From Eledone cirrhosa (lineage: Eukaryota), in contig OZ024743.1 of NCBI GenBank assembly GCA_964016885.1, forward strand, positions 357,182,001 to 357,246,000: a stretch of 64,000 bases of DNA, in the 5' to 3' direction. A program made the translations under genes and the position numbers. Each line of letters starts with the position of its first letter. Position 1 is the stretch's first letter. This document shows positions 39,976 to 52,849 of the stretch, piece after piece. The notes below the pieces were generated by a model, which saw only the letters and a program-made list of their open reading frames with translations, was not told where the DNA came from and ran no database searches.

Positions 39976-42900
39976 ACATAACCCCATCCCCCCCCGCGCC
40001 CCACCGCTCCCACCCTCCAAACGCAATCCAAAACTTCAGAGTTGGTACCATGAATGTAGGCACCTTAAAGGGTCGCTCGAACGAGGTTGTAGAAATGCTT
40101 GAACGTAAGGAGGTCGATGTTTGTTGTATTCAAGAGACCAGGTGGAGGGGAGGGTCGGCTAGATTCATCGTGGGTAAAGAGCGATGCTATAAGCTTTTCT
40201 GGGTGGGAAATGACAATGGGTTGGGTGGGGTAGGAATCATGGTAGCAGAAAAGTGGGCAGATAAGATAATAGACGTAAATAGAGTGAACGACAGAATAAT
40301 TAAAATAAGACTTGTCCTCAATAAAACTACGGTGACAGTAATATCTGCGTACGCACCCCAATCCGGACAGCCCCGCGCTATAAAAGACAGATTCTACGAG
40401 ACACTGATGCTCGCTACCTCCCAAATAACCGACAGTGACTATATAGTTATTGCAGGCGACCTAAATGGTCACGTTGGACAACATTGTGACGGCTATGACG
40501 GAATCCATGGAGGCTATGGGTTCGGTACTAGAAATGAGGAAGGCTCCAGAATCCTGGAATTCTGCGACGCAAATAACTTAACTATCTGTAACACTAACTT
40601 CAAAAAACGAGACAATCACTTGATCACCTATAGGTCGGGGGAACACACAAGCCAGGTAGATTATATCCTTACCAGAAGACGTGACAGAGTGTCTGTTGTT
40701 AACACTAAATCCCACCCCCATGAAGAATTCACCTCCCAACATAGACTGATAATTAGCGACCTCATAGTCAGGACGAGACGTACTAGACAGCGAAAGAGGA
40801 CTATCCTCAGGAGAAAAATATGGAAGCTAAAGGACCCCATAGCCAGAAATAAATTTCAAAGCAAATTACTTGACGCTTTCGACAGTAAGGAAGAGCAATT
40901 AGAGTCGTATAATATAGAGGAACAGTGGGAATTCCTGAGAGCAAACCTGCTGACGGCGGCAGACGAAGTCTGTGGCTGGAGCAGGCCTGTAGGTAGGAGG
41001 AGAGTAACATGGTGGTGGAACAGTAAGGTGGAGGAGTCAATTAAGGCCAAAAAGCAGGCTTGGAAAGTATGGCGGGATGGGGGAAGTAGAGAAGACTATC
41101 AAGTGGCCAGGAGGGAAGCTAGGAGACAAGTGTACTTCGCAAGAAGGGAAGCAGAGGAAAGAAAGTTCAAGCATGTTCTACAACGTGAGGACCAAAAACG
41201 TGAGGTGTTCAGGATTGCCAGGCAATGTGTCAAGGAAAACCGTGATATTGTCGGGGAGAAGTGTGTACTTAACGATGATGGCATACTTGCCATCACCGAC
41301 GCTGATAAGAAGGTAGCTTGGAAGTGTCACTACGAAAGGCTTCTAAATGAGGAGAACAAATGGGAGAAAGATAGTCTCCCCCAGATCGATCCAATAGAGG
41401 GACCAGCAGTGTTAGTTGAAGGTAGTATAATAAGTAAGGCAATCAAAGATATGAAGACGGGTAAGGCGGCTGGGCCTTCGGAAATAGTTGCTGAGATGCT
41501 GAAGGCATCTGGTTCGGTGGGACACACCATGGTCACCCGGATAGTTAACCAAGTCGTACAGAATGGGGTTGTTCCGAAGGAATGGCGTAGCAGCATCATC
41601 GTTAACTGCTATAAGGGAAAAGGAGATGCCCTAGATAGGAGTAACTATAGAGGCATTAAATTAATCGACCAGGTCATGAAGGTCACGGAAAAAGTAATAG
41701 CGCAACTAATCAGAGAGAGAATTGATCTAGATGAAATGCAGTTCGGGTTTGTGTCAGGCAAAAGTACCACAGACGCTCTTTTCATTGTACGACAACTACA
41801 GGAGAAGTACCTAGCTAAAAGTAAACCCCTATACTTAGCTTTTGTCGACTTGGAGAAAGCCTTCGACAGAGTCCCCCGTTCCATTATCTGGTGGTCTCTT
41901 AGAAAACTAGGTGTTGACGAATGGCTTGTGAGAGCTATACAAGCCATGTATAAAGAAACAGTCAGTAAGGTTAGAATTAACAACGAATATAGTGAAGAGT
42001 TTAGCGTAAAAGTTGGTGTCCATCAGGGCTCTGTACTTAGCCCCCTACTATTTATTATTGCCCTTCAGGCTATAACAGAGGAGTTCAAGACCGGCTGCCC
42101 ATGGGAACTCCTATACGCAGATGATCTAACGCTCATAGCTGAATCAATGACCGAACTAGAGAAGAAATTCCAAACGTGGAAGCACGGCCTAGAATCAAAA
42201 GGCCTTAAAATTAACCTGGCTAAGACTAAAGTTCTAGTTTGTAGGAAAGAAAATAAGGCGGCGGTCCCATCGGGGAAATGGCCATGCTCAGTGTGTAGGA
42301 AAGGCGTAGGTAGAAACTCCATTTTATGTCCCAAATGCAAAGTATGGGTGCATAAAAGATGTAGTGGGATCACAGGTAAGCTAACTAAGAACATAGATTT
42401 TACATGTGGCCGGTGCTCTGGTGCAATAAGTAGCAGCAAGTGCCCACAAAATACTAGCTCCTTCAACTGCGCAGAGGGTTCTATAGAAATAGTGGATAGC
42501 TTCCGTTATCTGGGTGACAAAATCAGCAGTGGGGGAGGGTGCTCTGAAAGTACAGTAGCTAGAGTCAGAACTGGATGGAAAAAGTTCAGAGAGCTTATAC
42601 CACTATTAGCCGCTAGAGGGTTCTCCCTAAAAATGAAAGGCAGGTTATACGATGCCTGCATACGAACAGCAATGCTGCATGGCAGTGAGACCTGGGCATT
42701 GTGTGCAGAGGATATACGCAGACTAGAGAGGAACGAAGCTTGCATGCTCCGCTGGATGTGCAATAGTAATATACGTGAACGGCAAAGCATAAACGAACTA
42801 AGGAAAAAATTAGAAATAAGAGGGATCAGATGTTGTTTACTCGAGAGAAGGCTACGTTGGTACGGTCACGTGATGCGCATGAAAGACGACAGCTGTATAA

Positions 42901-43070
42901 CAAAGTGCAGGGCAATAAAGATAGACGGTAGCCACGGAGTAGGCAGACCCAGAAAAACATGGGACGAGCTGATAATTTCCGACCTCACACGCTTACACCT
43001 CTCCAAGACAATGTCACTGGACCGAGACCTTTGGCGGTACTCAGTAATAGAGAAGACCCGCCTTACCTAA
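39969..43070 (+). CDS. RTE polyprotein: AP endonuclease + reverse transcriptase with embedded PHD finger (frame open from 39825; start codon uncertain)
   Basis: APE motifs GTMNVGTL, CIQETRW, SAYAPQ, AGDLNGHVG, QVDYIL and SQHRL. RT motifs KAAGPSEI, NYRGIKL, QFGF, FVDLEKAFDRV, GVHQGSVLSPLLF, YADD and FRYLG. C-terminal LRWYGHVMR and GRPRKTW. No stops over 1081 codons. Confidence 0.96.
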   Translation: MANITPSPPAPHRSHPPNAIQNFRVGTMNVGTLKGRSNEVVEMLERKEVDVCCIQETRWRGGSARFIVGKERCYKLFWVGNDNGLGGVGIMVAEKWADKIIDVNRVNDRIIKIRLVLNKTTVTVISAYAPQSGQPRAIKDRFYETLMLATSQITDSDYIVIAGDLNGHVGQHCDGYDGIHGGYGFGTRNEEGSRILEFCDANNLTICNTNFKKRDNHLITYRSGEHTSQVDYILTRRRDRVSVVNTKSHPHEEFTSQHRLIISDLIVRTRRTRQRKRTILRRKIWKLKDPIARNKFQSKLLDAFDSKEEQLESYNIEEQWEFLRANLLTAADEVCGWSRPVGRRRVTWWWNSKVEESIKAKKQAWKVWRDGGSREDYQVARREARRQVYFARREAEERKFKHVLQREDQKREVFRIARQCVKENRDIVGEKCVLNDDGILAITDADKKVAWKCHYERLLNEENKWEKDSLPQIDPIEGPAVLVEGSIISKAIKDMKTGKAAGPSEIVAEMLKASGSVGHTMVTRIVNQVVQNGVVPKEWRSSIIVNCYKGKGDALDRSNYRGIKLIDQVMKVTEKVIAQLIRERIDLDEMQFGFVSGKSTTDALFIVRQLQEKYLAKSKPLYLAFVDLEKAFDRVPRSIIWWSLRKLGVDEWLVRAIQAMYKETVSKVRINNEYSEEFSVKVGVHQGSVLSPLLFIIALQAITEEFKTGCPWELLYADDLTLIAESMTELEKKFQTWKHGLESKGLKINLAKTKVLVCRKENKAAVPSGKWPCSVCRKGVGRNSILCPKCKVWVHKRCSGITGKLTKNIDFTCGRCSGAISSSKCPQNTSSFNCAEGSIEIVDSFRYLGDKISSGGGCSESTVARVRTGWKKFRELIPLLAARGFSLKMKGRLYDACIRTAMLHGSETWALCAEDIRRLERNEACMLRWMCNSNIRERQSINELRKKLEIRGIRCCLLERRLRWYGHVMRMKDDSCITKCRAIKIDGSHGVGRPRKTWDELIISDLTRLHLSKTMSLDRDLWRYSVIEKTRLT

Positions 43071-43628
43071 ATACAAAGTAAAAACCTACTACAGTCAGTA
43101 GGCACCTCTATCAAAACACACCCCCGTCCCACCACCTCCACCTCCACCCCACCCACACCGCCCCTTTCAATGTAAAGTTATGTTGGCCCCACAACATCCA
43201 GGCCGAAACAAATGAGATCGTGTAGGTGTCACGACAAAAAACACACAGTCCACGCTGTAAATGTGGCCGTGTAGGCAACACGGTAAAAACCTCCCAGCCC
43301 CACACTGTAAATGTGGTTGGTGTTAGGAAGGGCATCCAGCTGTAGAAAACCCGCCAGACAGTCCACGCTGTAATGTGGCCGTGTAGGCAACACGGTAAAA
43401 ACCTCCCAGCCCCACACTGTAAATGTGGTTGGTGTTAGGAAGGGCATCCAACTGTAGAAAACCCGCCAGACAGTCCTATGCGAGCAAGACAACCACTCTT
43501 GCCTCAAGTGGGAAAACCCCCGTCCAAACCCATGCAAGCGTGGAACACGGACGCTAAACCTGATGATGATGATGATGATGATGATGTATGTATATATTTA
43601 TACACATATACATATATATATTTATATA

Positions 43629-43673
<45 letters not shown>

Positions 43674-43810
43674 ATGTATATATTTATATATACATATATA
43701 TGTGTGTGTATGTATATATTTATATACATATATATGTGTGTGTATGTATATATTTATATACATATATATGTGTGTGTATGTATATATTTATATATATATA
43801 TATATGTGTG

Positions 43811-43853
<43 letters not shown>

Positions 43854-43911
43854 ATGTATATATTTATATATATATATATATGTGTGTATGTATATATGAA
43901 TATATATGTAC

Positions 43912-43985
<74 letters not shown>

Positions 43986-44439
43986 ATATATACACAAACA
44001 ACATCATACATACACAAAAATCTGACATACATCACTGCCTTGTGTAAGTTATAAGTATGTGTTCATGTATACAGATATTTACAACACATGTACACATGCT
44101 CACACAGTATTTCAAAATATTATGGATGTAGTGTGTAAGTAAATACATGTAAATTCTTTCTCTTCCCACTCCCCCTTTCTCTTCCCACTCCCCCTTTCTG
44201 GCTTATCATCCTCGTCACATACCATCATCACTATTATTCGTTAATTATCATTATCAACTACTTATAACCAAATAAATCACTGCCACTACTGTCATCATTT
44301 CATCATCATCATCATCATTTCATCATCATCATCATCATCATCATCAATATCAACAGCACTATCAATATCACCTTTATTTTTGACACTACCTTCACTTCAG
44401 CATCATAACATATCAGCCTCAACTATTCCCAGTACCGCT

Positions 44440-45260
44440 GTCACTGCCATCACCATCACCAACATCACTGTCACCACCACCACCATCACCATCATCACCA
44501 TCATCACCATCACCACCACCATCATCACCATCACCATCACTAACCACTACCATCACCACCACCATCACCATCATTACCATAAACACCACCACCATCCCAA
44601 CCATTACCATCACCACCACCACTAACCACTACCATTACCACCACCAAAACCATCACCATCACCACCATCATTACCATAAACACCACCACCATCCCAACCA
44701 TTACCATCACCACCACCACTAACCACTACCATCACCACCATCACCACCATCACCACCATCACCACCATCATTACCATAAACACCACCACCATCCCAACCA
44801 TTACCATCACCACCACCACTAACCACTACCATTACCACCACCAAAACCATCACCACCATCACCACCATCATTACCATAAACACCACCACCATCCCAACCA
44901 TTACCATCACCACCACCACTAACCACTACCATTACCACCACCAAAACCATCACCACCATCACCACCATCATTACCATAAACACCACCACCATCCCAACCA
45001 TTACCATCACCACCACCACTAACCACTACCATTACCACCACCAAAACCATCACCACCATCACCACCATCATTACCATAAACACCACCACCACCATCCCAA
45101 CCATTACCATCACCACCACCACTAACCACTACCATCACCACCATCACCACCATCACCACCATCACCACCATCATTACCATAAACACCACCACCACCATCC
45201 CAACCATTACCATCACCACCACCACTAACCACTACCATTACCACCATCAAAACCATCACC
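44440..45260. repeat. ~100-bp higher-order CCA-derived tandem repeat, ~7 units
   Basis: TTACCATAAACACCACCACCATCCCAACCATTACC recurs every 97-103 bp. Confidence 0.92.
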
Positions 45261-45499
45261 TCCATCACTATACTAACCATTACCTACCACCACCATCATC
45301 ATCACAGCCATCACCACACTGACCACCACCATCACCATCCCAACCACTACCATCACCACCACCACCACCACTACCACCCCAACCACTACCATTACCACTG
45401 CTACCACCACCATTCATAATCTCTACACTACTACTACTACTACAACTACAACATACTGCTATCATTGCCATATAACCATACCAGCACCATTTCTACAAT

Positions 45500-46340
45500 A
45501 TAACTACATCACCACCATCATCACCATCACCACTCCTACACTATCATCACCACTCCACCACCATCACCCACTCCACCATCAATAATCACTCTACTACCAT
45601 CATCACCATCACCACTCCTACACTATCATCACCACTCCACCATCAATCATCACTCTACTACCATCACCACTCCTACACTACCATCACCACTCCACCACCA
45701 TCACCACTCCACCACCAATCATCACTCTACTACCATCATCACCATCACCACTCCTACACTATCATCACCACTCTACCACCATCACCCACTCCACCATCAA
45801 TCACCACTCTACTACCATCATCACTATCACCACTCCTACACTATCATCACCCACTCCACCACTATCACCACTCCTACACTATCATCACCACTCCACCACC
45901 ATCACCCACTCCACCATCAATCACCACTCTACTACCATCATCACTATCCCCACTCCATGCCTATCATCACCATCACCATTCCAACACCATCACTTCACCA
46001 TCACCACTACCATCTTTACCATCACCATTCCACCACTCCAACACTATAACCACTCTACCCCTATCATCAGCACCACCACTCTAACACCACTCCAGCACTA
46101 TCATCACTCCACCACCACTCCAGCACTATCATCACTCCAACACTATAACCACTCTACCCCTAACATCACCACCACCACTCTAACACCACTCCAGCACTAT
46201 CATCACTCCACCACCACTCCAACACTATCATCACCACCACCACCACTCTAACACCACTCCAGCACTATCATCACTCCACCACCACTCCAGCACTATCATC
46301 ACTCCACCACCACTCCAACACTATCATCACTTCACCAGCA
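45500..46340. repeat. CCA/CTC cryptic minisatellites
   Basis: Recurring CACTCCTACACTATCATCAC and CACTCCAGCACTATCAT. Confidence 0.85.
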
Positions 46341-47154
46341 TTATTTCGGCTTTGGCTACTACACCACCATCATCACCCCGCCTGCCATTGTTACTCCACC
46401 ATCATTACAACTACTGTAACTACCCCACTACCATCACTACATTATAAATATCTAAATAGAATATATATTTTATATAGATACAATATCTGTGATGTTAAGA
46501 TACAGGACTAATAACTACATGGTCTTGAACTGGCGTCCCAACTACCACAGCTACTGTATTATTCATAATATTTAGAAACAAACTACACCTCTGATTGTCT
46601 CAGTCTGCTTGGCTGATAAAAAGGTTCCACTCTTGCTTCACTCAAATACTCCAACAAATGTAAATACCTAATTCTCCTTCAAATAACACCTGATCATCTT
46701 AAAAACAAACATTTATAACACATTGCATAATTTAGTCCTAGATACATTTATCTTCATTGTTTTTGTCTGTTTTTTTCATGTTGGCATGGTTTGGGGAAAA
46801 CTTTTATTTGAAGCCTTTTTCTATGACCAGGGGCCTTTTATGATGCCAACCCATATCATTCCTCTGATTTTCACCTGTTGAACCACCCACTAAACTGGTG
46901 ATGACGACATGATCATCATCATCATCATCATTATCACCATTAACAATGAGGTACGGGGCTGCATCCCACTTATATATGATTCAGTGCTCTACCGAGTACC
47001 TTTTATTATGACTCTAGTAGTAAGGAGGTTATTATATCTTTGACACAGTTGAAGAGTCCTCCCACTCCTTTGTTTGGCAAGCTTTCTATGGCTGGATGTC
47101 CTTTCTATCACCAACCACTTTACAGCATATAGTGGGTATGTTTACCATGTAGAT

Positions 47155-47462
47155 CAGTGCTTCTCAAACTATCTGATGAGGCGAACCGGCATTTTTTCAA
47201 TGTGCCACGTACCGCTAATATTTCGTAGTAATATTAATTTATACCGGAAACGATATATATAATGAATATAATAATAGTTGACCATTTTTTTTATCTTCTA
47301 TTTATTTTGTAAACAAATAATACAATATCAAAACATATAAAAAAGTAATAAAAAAAATTCCTCAAATGATTCCTTAGCATGGCCTGGACACTGGCCGTGT
47401 ACCGGTGGTTGATGGCTCGTGTACCGGCACCAGTCCGCGGACCACCACTTTGAGTAGCACTG
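47155..47462. mobile_element. hAT (Charlie-type) MITE
   Basis: TIR CAGTGCTTCTCAAA/TTTGAGTAGCACTG; TSD ATGTAGAT/CTGTAGAT; CpG-rich subterminal region. Confidence 0.88.
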
Positions 47463-47891
47463 CTGTAGATCACAAACACTAAAGAGGTTATCATGACCAT
47501 TTGTTGTATGGTTTCTACAGCAGGGTGACCTTCCTATTGCCAACCACCCTACAGGATATACTGGGTGCATTTTTGTAGCTGGATGGAATACATTTGATTA
47601 CAGGCTTGCTTCATTGGGACTGACCACCACTAAACCATATTAACTCACCACCCCAACATTATTCACTTCAGTATGCCAGTGCCAAGCAAACATAAGAGCT
47701 TCTATACGTGGTAACTTGACCTGCTAGAGATAGCAACCAAATTCACTTAAATCACAACATGCTAACATCTTTTAAATAATCTTAAATGAGACAACACTGG
47801 ATAATGAAGTATTAGATATTTGATACCTGAAACAAAAACAAAAAAGAAAAACAACTATAGGGTTGTCATAGCTTTTGATCAGTTAGGGCTT

Positions 47892-48078
47892 GTATGTCCT
47901 GTAACTCCTGATAGAGTCGTAGGGGCGCCATATTGACATACGGCGTTTCTTGGGTATTTTAAGCCTGGCAGAGCCCATCCCTCTCCAGGTCTGAGTACAG
48001 CAGATTTCTTCCAGAGGAAGTTAGAAAGTGACAGAGAAAGGAAATGAGAAAAAGATATAGAGGAAGAATCTACCCCAG
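47892..48078 (-). mobile_element. 187-bp insertion with 13-bp TSD, probably a truncated LINE 3' end
   Basis: TCAGTTAGGGCTT at 47879-47891 and 48079-48091; terminal stem-loop at ~47898-47923. Confidence 0.6.
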
Positions 48079-48099
48079 TCAGTTAGGGCTTACCTTAAA

Positions 48100-48314
48100 T
48101 TAACCCTTTAGCATTCACATTACTCTATATATACTATTATATTTTCATGGTAAATGCTTTATCTCACATAATATCGAATCTATGAGATTTTGAAAGTATT
48201 TATTTTGAGAACAATACCTTAACATCAGTTTGAGCGACCAGTTACAGCCAGTTTCAACAGAAAAGGGTAGAGAATTCTGGCCGGTTTGGGCTGGTTTGAA
48301 CATTAAAGGGTTAA
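48100..48314 (+). mobile_element. piggyBac-type MITE family A
   Basis: TTAA|CCCTTTAGCATTCA ... TGAACATTAAAGGG|TTAA. Confidence 0.85.
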
Positions 48315-50429
48315 ACAACAATGGGCAACAAACATGTCAGTGAGATCTGTTGTCTCTTTTGAAGGTGCCTAAAATGCCTCTTGCTGTATTTGTTCATTGA
48401 CAACTGTATATGTCTGTTTGTGTTATGCAAATGTCACATATCTGAATAGGGGTGAACCCAGCAGCCCCACCCCCATTCTTCCTAAGCATCATGTTCATTC
48501 TCATCTATTACTACATTAAAGTTTCAAACAATAAGATAAGCTAAAAGGTATTTTTAGACACTGCCTTCATCCTTCATCCCCAGGTGGACTAATCCTTTTG
48601 ATATCAACCTTGACAAAACTCTCCTTGGGTCTATGATTAGGGTTCCCATTTAAATTAAAATCTTCCAGCATAACTTTGTATAAGAACTATATGTTAAGTT
48701 ACTATCTTAATAATGAAATAATTCTTCATTAATTAATTGAAATAAAGTATTTCATTAGAGATACAGTCATAAAAGACTTCAATGACAATATTTAAATGGG
48801 TGGGTCACTATTCTTATCACCCCTACAGAATCTATTTCAAGGATTTTGTTGAATATTTTGGATGGTAAGTGCACTTCAGTTTATGTAGCTTACTTTACCT
48901 AGGTGTCCAAACTAAGTAATGTACTATCAGTGTTGTCTATGGTCGACTAGCCCTCTTTCCAGGTAAGCATTGATCTCTCAATTACCTAATAGGAGATGAA
49001 CTGGCAGAAACATTAGAGTGTCAGGTGAAATACTTTGCTGTATTTATTTCTTTACCCTGCATTCTGAGTTTAAATCCCACCATGGTCAATTAAGCCTTTA
49101 ATTCTTCCAGAGTTGATAAATAAAGTACTAGTCTAGTAGGGTGGACTAGTGAAATTAATAGAACAATACTTGTTCCATTTCTGAGCATTCAGAGTTCAAA
49201 TCTTGCTGAGACGACCTATTTGAGTTGATGGTAGATGTTATCTGTCACCCAGTTTATCACCACCACTGGGTCATTGGATGTTTCTAGCACAGTTTACACC
49301 AAGGGTCTTAAACTGAAGGACTCAAAAGGACCATTACATCCTGGAAGAGAGGCACAACTGACCAAAAATGAAATGGGGGAGGTGTGATTATGACCAGTTA
49401 CAATGCTAATCTGCAATACAAGCTAATAGGATGCTGTTTATTTATTTATTTATGTTTAATATTTTTATTAGATTGGCAAATGAAGCTTAATAAAAAAGGC
49501 AAGGAAAATATTTGTCATGGAAATTGTACTGCTGCAGACCATAGAAAAGTAGTTTTAGGGCTGCATGTTTGAGACCCTTGGTTAACCCTATTACAAGTGT
49601 ATAAGGGCCAAAACTCCAGTTTGAAGATACCATCTCTCTCCCCTTATCTCTCCCCTCTCTCTCTCTATCTCTCTTTCATATATATATGTATGTGTATGTG
49701 GGGGGGGGGGGGTATGTATGTGTGTGGGTGTTTATGCAATGATGATGATGATAGCATTCTTAAATAAAAGCACATTTCTTCAAGTTTCACATGACATTAC
49801 AAAGTACATTAATTCTGGAGAATATTTTGGGTGTTACATGTTTTTGATAAATAAATTGACAAATACAACATAAACAAAAGTATAATTAAGTACATTATGA
49901 TGTATATATAAGTGTATGTATGTGTATACATGTGTAGAAATGTGTGTAGGGAGAGGGGCTGAAAACATACATTTCATTTACTGGTTTCACTCATACAGCT
50001 ATGCTAGAGCATCCCCTTTATTTAGTTGATCAGGTTGACCCCAATACATATTTTGGGGAGTTTGTTTGGTTCATATTTGATCAATCTCTTTGTCATGGGA
50101 CATAAACACAGTCAGAGACACAAATGTACAGACAGGCATAAACACACAAAACATAAAACACACACATAAACACAAAACATAACATACACACACACACATA
50201 CACACAAAACACAACACAAACACAAAACATAACACACACACATACATACATACACATACATACACACAAAACACACACATACACAAAAAACACACACACA
50301 CAACACAAACACAAAACATTACACACACACACAAAACATTATACACACACACAAAACATAACACACACAAACACAAAACATAACGCACAAACACACACAA
50401 AACGCAACACACACACACATATATATATG

Positions 50430-50590
50430 ACGAGCTTCTGCAATTTTTGTATACCAAATTCCACTCACAAAGCATTGGTCAAATTATGACTATAGTAGAA
50501 AATTCTTGCTGAAGGTGCCATGTAGTGGGATTGAACCCAGAACCAGATGGTTGACAAGTGCACTCCTTAGCCACACAGCTATGTCTGTGC
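50430..50590 (-). mobile_element. old tRNA-derived SINE head
   Basis: Minus strand GGCTAAGGAG..GGGTTCAATCCC..CAGCAAG; similar plus-strand copy at ~15590-15720. Confidence 0.55.
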
Positions 50591-51584
50591 TTATGTATAC
50601 CTTTATAAATGTTTTAAATCTTTCTAATAGAAATGGCTCAATAGCACCATTGTACTTTCCTTCATTGCAGCAGTAGGGGTCAGATGTGGGTGATGGTGGT
50701 TGGGGTGGCTATTAGTTATATTTGGGAAGCAATCTATTTGTTGCTTACAACACCTGGCTGATCATCAATGTCCTACAACAGTCCCTCCCATTCCCCCTCC
50801 ATTCAACCCTCCAACACCACCACCACCACCACCACCACCGCCACCTCTAAAATATCAACCAACCCAACTGAAGTTCTATAATTTTAAATGACAAGCCATT
50901 GTTACATGGTGGTGCTGGTGGTGGTGGTGTGGTGGTGTGGTGGTAGTAGTAGTAGTAGTAGTGGGTGTGTCAATTATACTATTGCTAATGCCAACACTGA
51001 TAAATAGTAATGATGATGATGACGGTCACGGTGATGGTGATGATGGTGATGATGGTGATGGTGATGGTGATGGTGATGGTGATGGTGATGATGATGGTGG
51101 TGATGATGATGAGAGTGGTAGTGAGCTGTGGCAGTTTGATTTCTGTATCCTCTATTGTGATTTCATTGTTGTTGATGTTGTTGTCATTGCTGTTGTTTTG
51201 ACAAGTGATCAATCCATCTGGAGCCCAGCACCGATCAGTTAATGTCACCTCCGAACCAACATCTTAAGTCCATGCCACCATCACGCCACACTCCTGCTAC
51301 CACTGCTGCTACCATTACTCTACCACTACTATTACTATTATTACCACCACTACTACCACTACTACCACTACTATTACAGTTTCTATTCTATCATCACTGC
51401 TACTATTAGTATTATCACTACCACCACCACTACTACTACCACCACCACCAACAACAACAACACCACCACCACCATATGCAGACTTCCTTTTATAAAGATG
51501 CTCAATCATTATCATCTCCACCCTAGGAAGGAGGAAAGGATGGAGACATTTCTTCACACCAATTCTTTCATCACTTGTATGTCA

Positions 51585-52750
51585 GTACCACTACCAACAC
51601 TATCACCACTACCACTATCACCACCACTACCACCAGCACTATCACCACCACTATCACCACCACTACCACTATCACCAACACTATCACCACTACCACTATC
51701 ACCACCACTACCACCAGCACTATCACCACCACTATCACCACCACTACCACTATCACCAACACTATCACCACTACCACTATCACCACCACTACCACTATCA
51801 CCAACACTATCACCACCACTAGCACTACCACTATCACCAACACTATCACCACTACAACTATCACCACCACTACCACTATCACCAACACTATCACCACTAC
51901 CACTATCACCACCACTACCACCAGCACTATCACCAGCACTATCACCACCACTACCACTATCACCAACACTATCACCACCACTAGCACTACCACTATCACC
52001 AACACTATCACCACTACCACTATCACCACCACTACCACTATCACCAACACTATCACCACTACCACTATCACCACCACTACCACTATCACCAACACTATCA
52101 CCACTACCACTATCACCACCACTACCACTATCACCAACACTATCACCACTACCACTATCACCACCACTACCACTACCATCTGCACTATCACCACCACTGC
52201 CACTACCCACACCAACAATACCACCAGTACAATCACCATCACCATCAATACCACTACCAACACCAACAATACCGCCAGTACTATCACCATTACAACCACC
52301 CACACCACCAATACCACCAGCACTCACCATCACCACCACCCACACCAACAATACCACCAGAACTATCATCATCACCACCACCACCAGCACTCACCATCAC
52401 CATCACCAGCACCACCACCAATACCACCAGCACTCACCATCAACACCACCAATAACACCAGCACTCACCATCGCCACCACCCACACCACCAACACTCACC
52501 ATCACCACCACCCACACCACCAACACTCACCATCACCAATACCACCATCACTCACCATCACCATCACCATCACCATCACCACCAATACCACCAACACTCA
52601 CCATCACCATCACCACCACCATCACCACCAATACCACCAACACTCACCACCACCATCACTCACCATCACCATCACCAATACCACCATCACTCACCATCAC
52701 CATCATCATCACCATCACCAATACCACCAACACTCACCATCACCATCACT
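51585..52750. repeat. CCA/CTA/TCA cryptic trinucleotide minisatellite
   Basis: Units such as CCACTACCACTATCACCAACACTATCA. Confidence 0.92.
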
Positions 52751-52849
52751 TATACACTGCCATACTCCACCTATGTACATGTGTTTGTATGTGTGTGTGT
52801 ATATGTGTGTGTGTATATGTGTGTATGTGTGGGAGTCTATGTGTGTGTA

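Larger units (their letters stand above)
39724..43586 (+). mobile_element. full-length RTE-clade LINE
   Basis: 5' UTR, single intact APE-RT ORF, ~500-bp 3' UTR and (GAT)n tail at 43561-43586; embedded in TA-rich microsatellite. Confidence 0.96.

Noticed and set aside
40065-42790. Antisense ORFs over the RTE
   Set aside because: Shadow ORFs of the coding strand, typical of LINEs.
47173-47185. CTGATGAGGCGAA hammerhead-like core
   Set aside because: No stem II, no GAAA..UH with a closing stem I; it lies in a hAT subterminal region.
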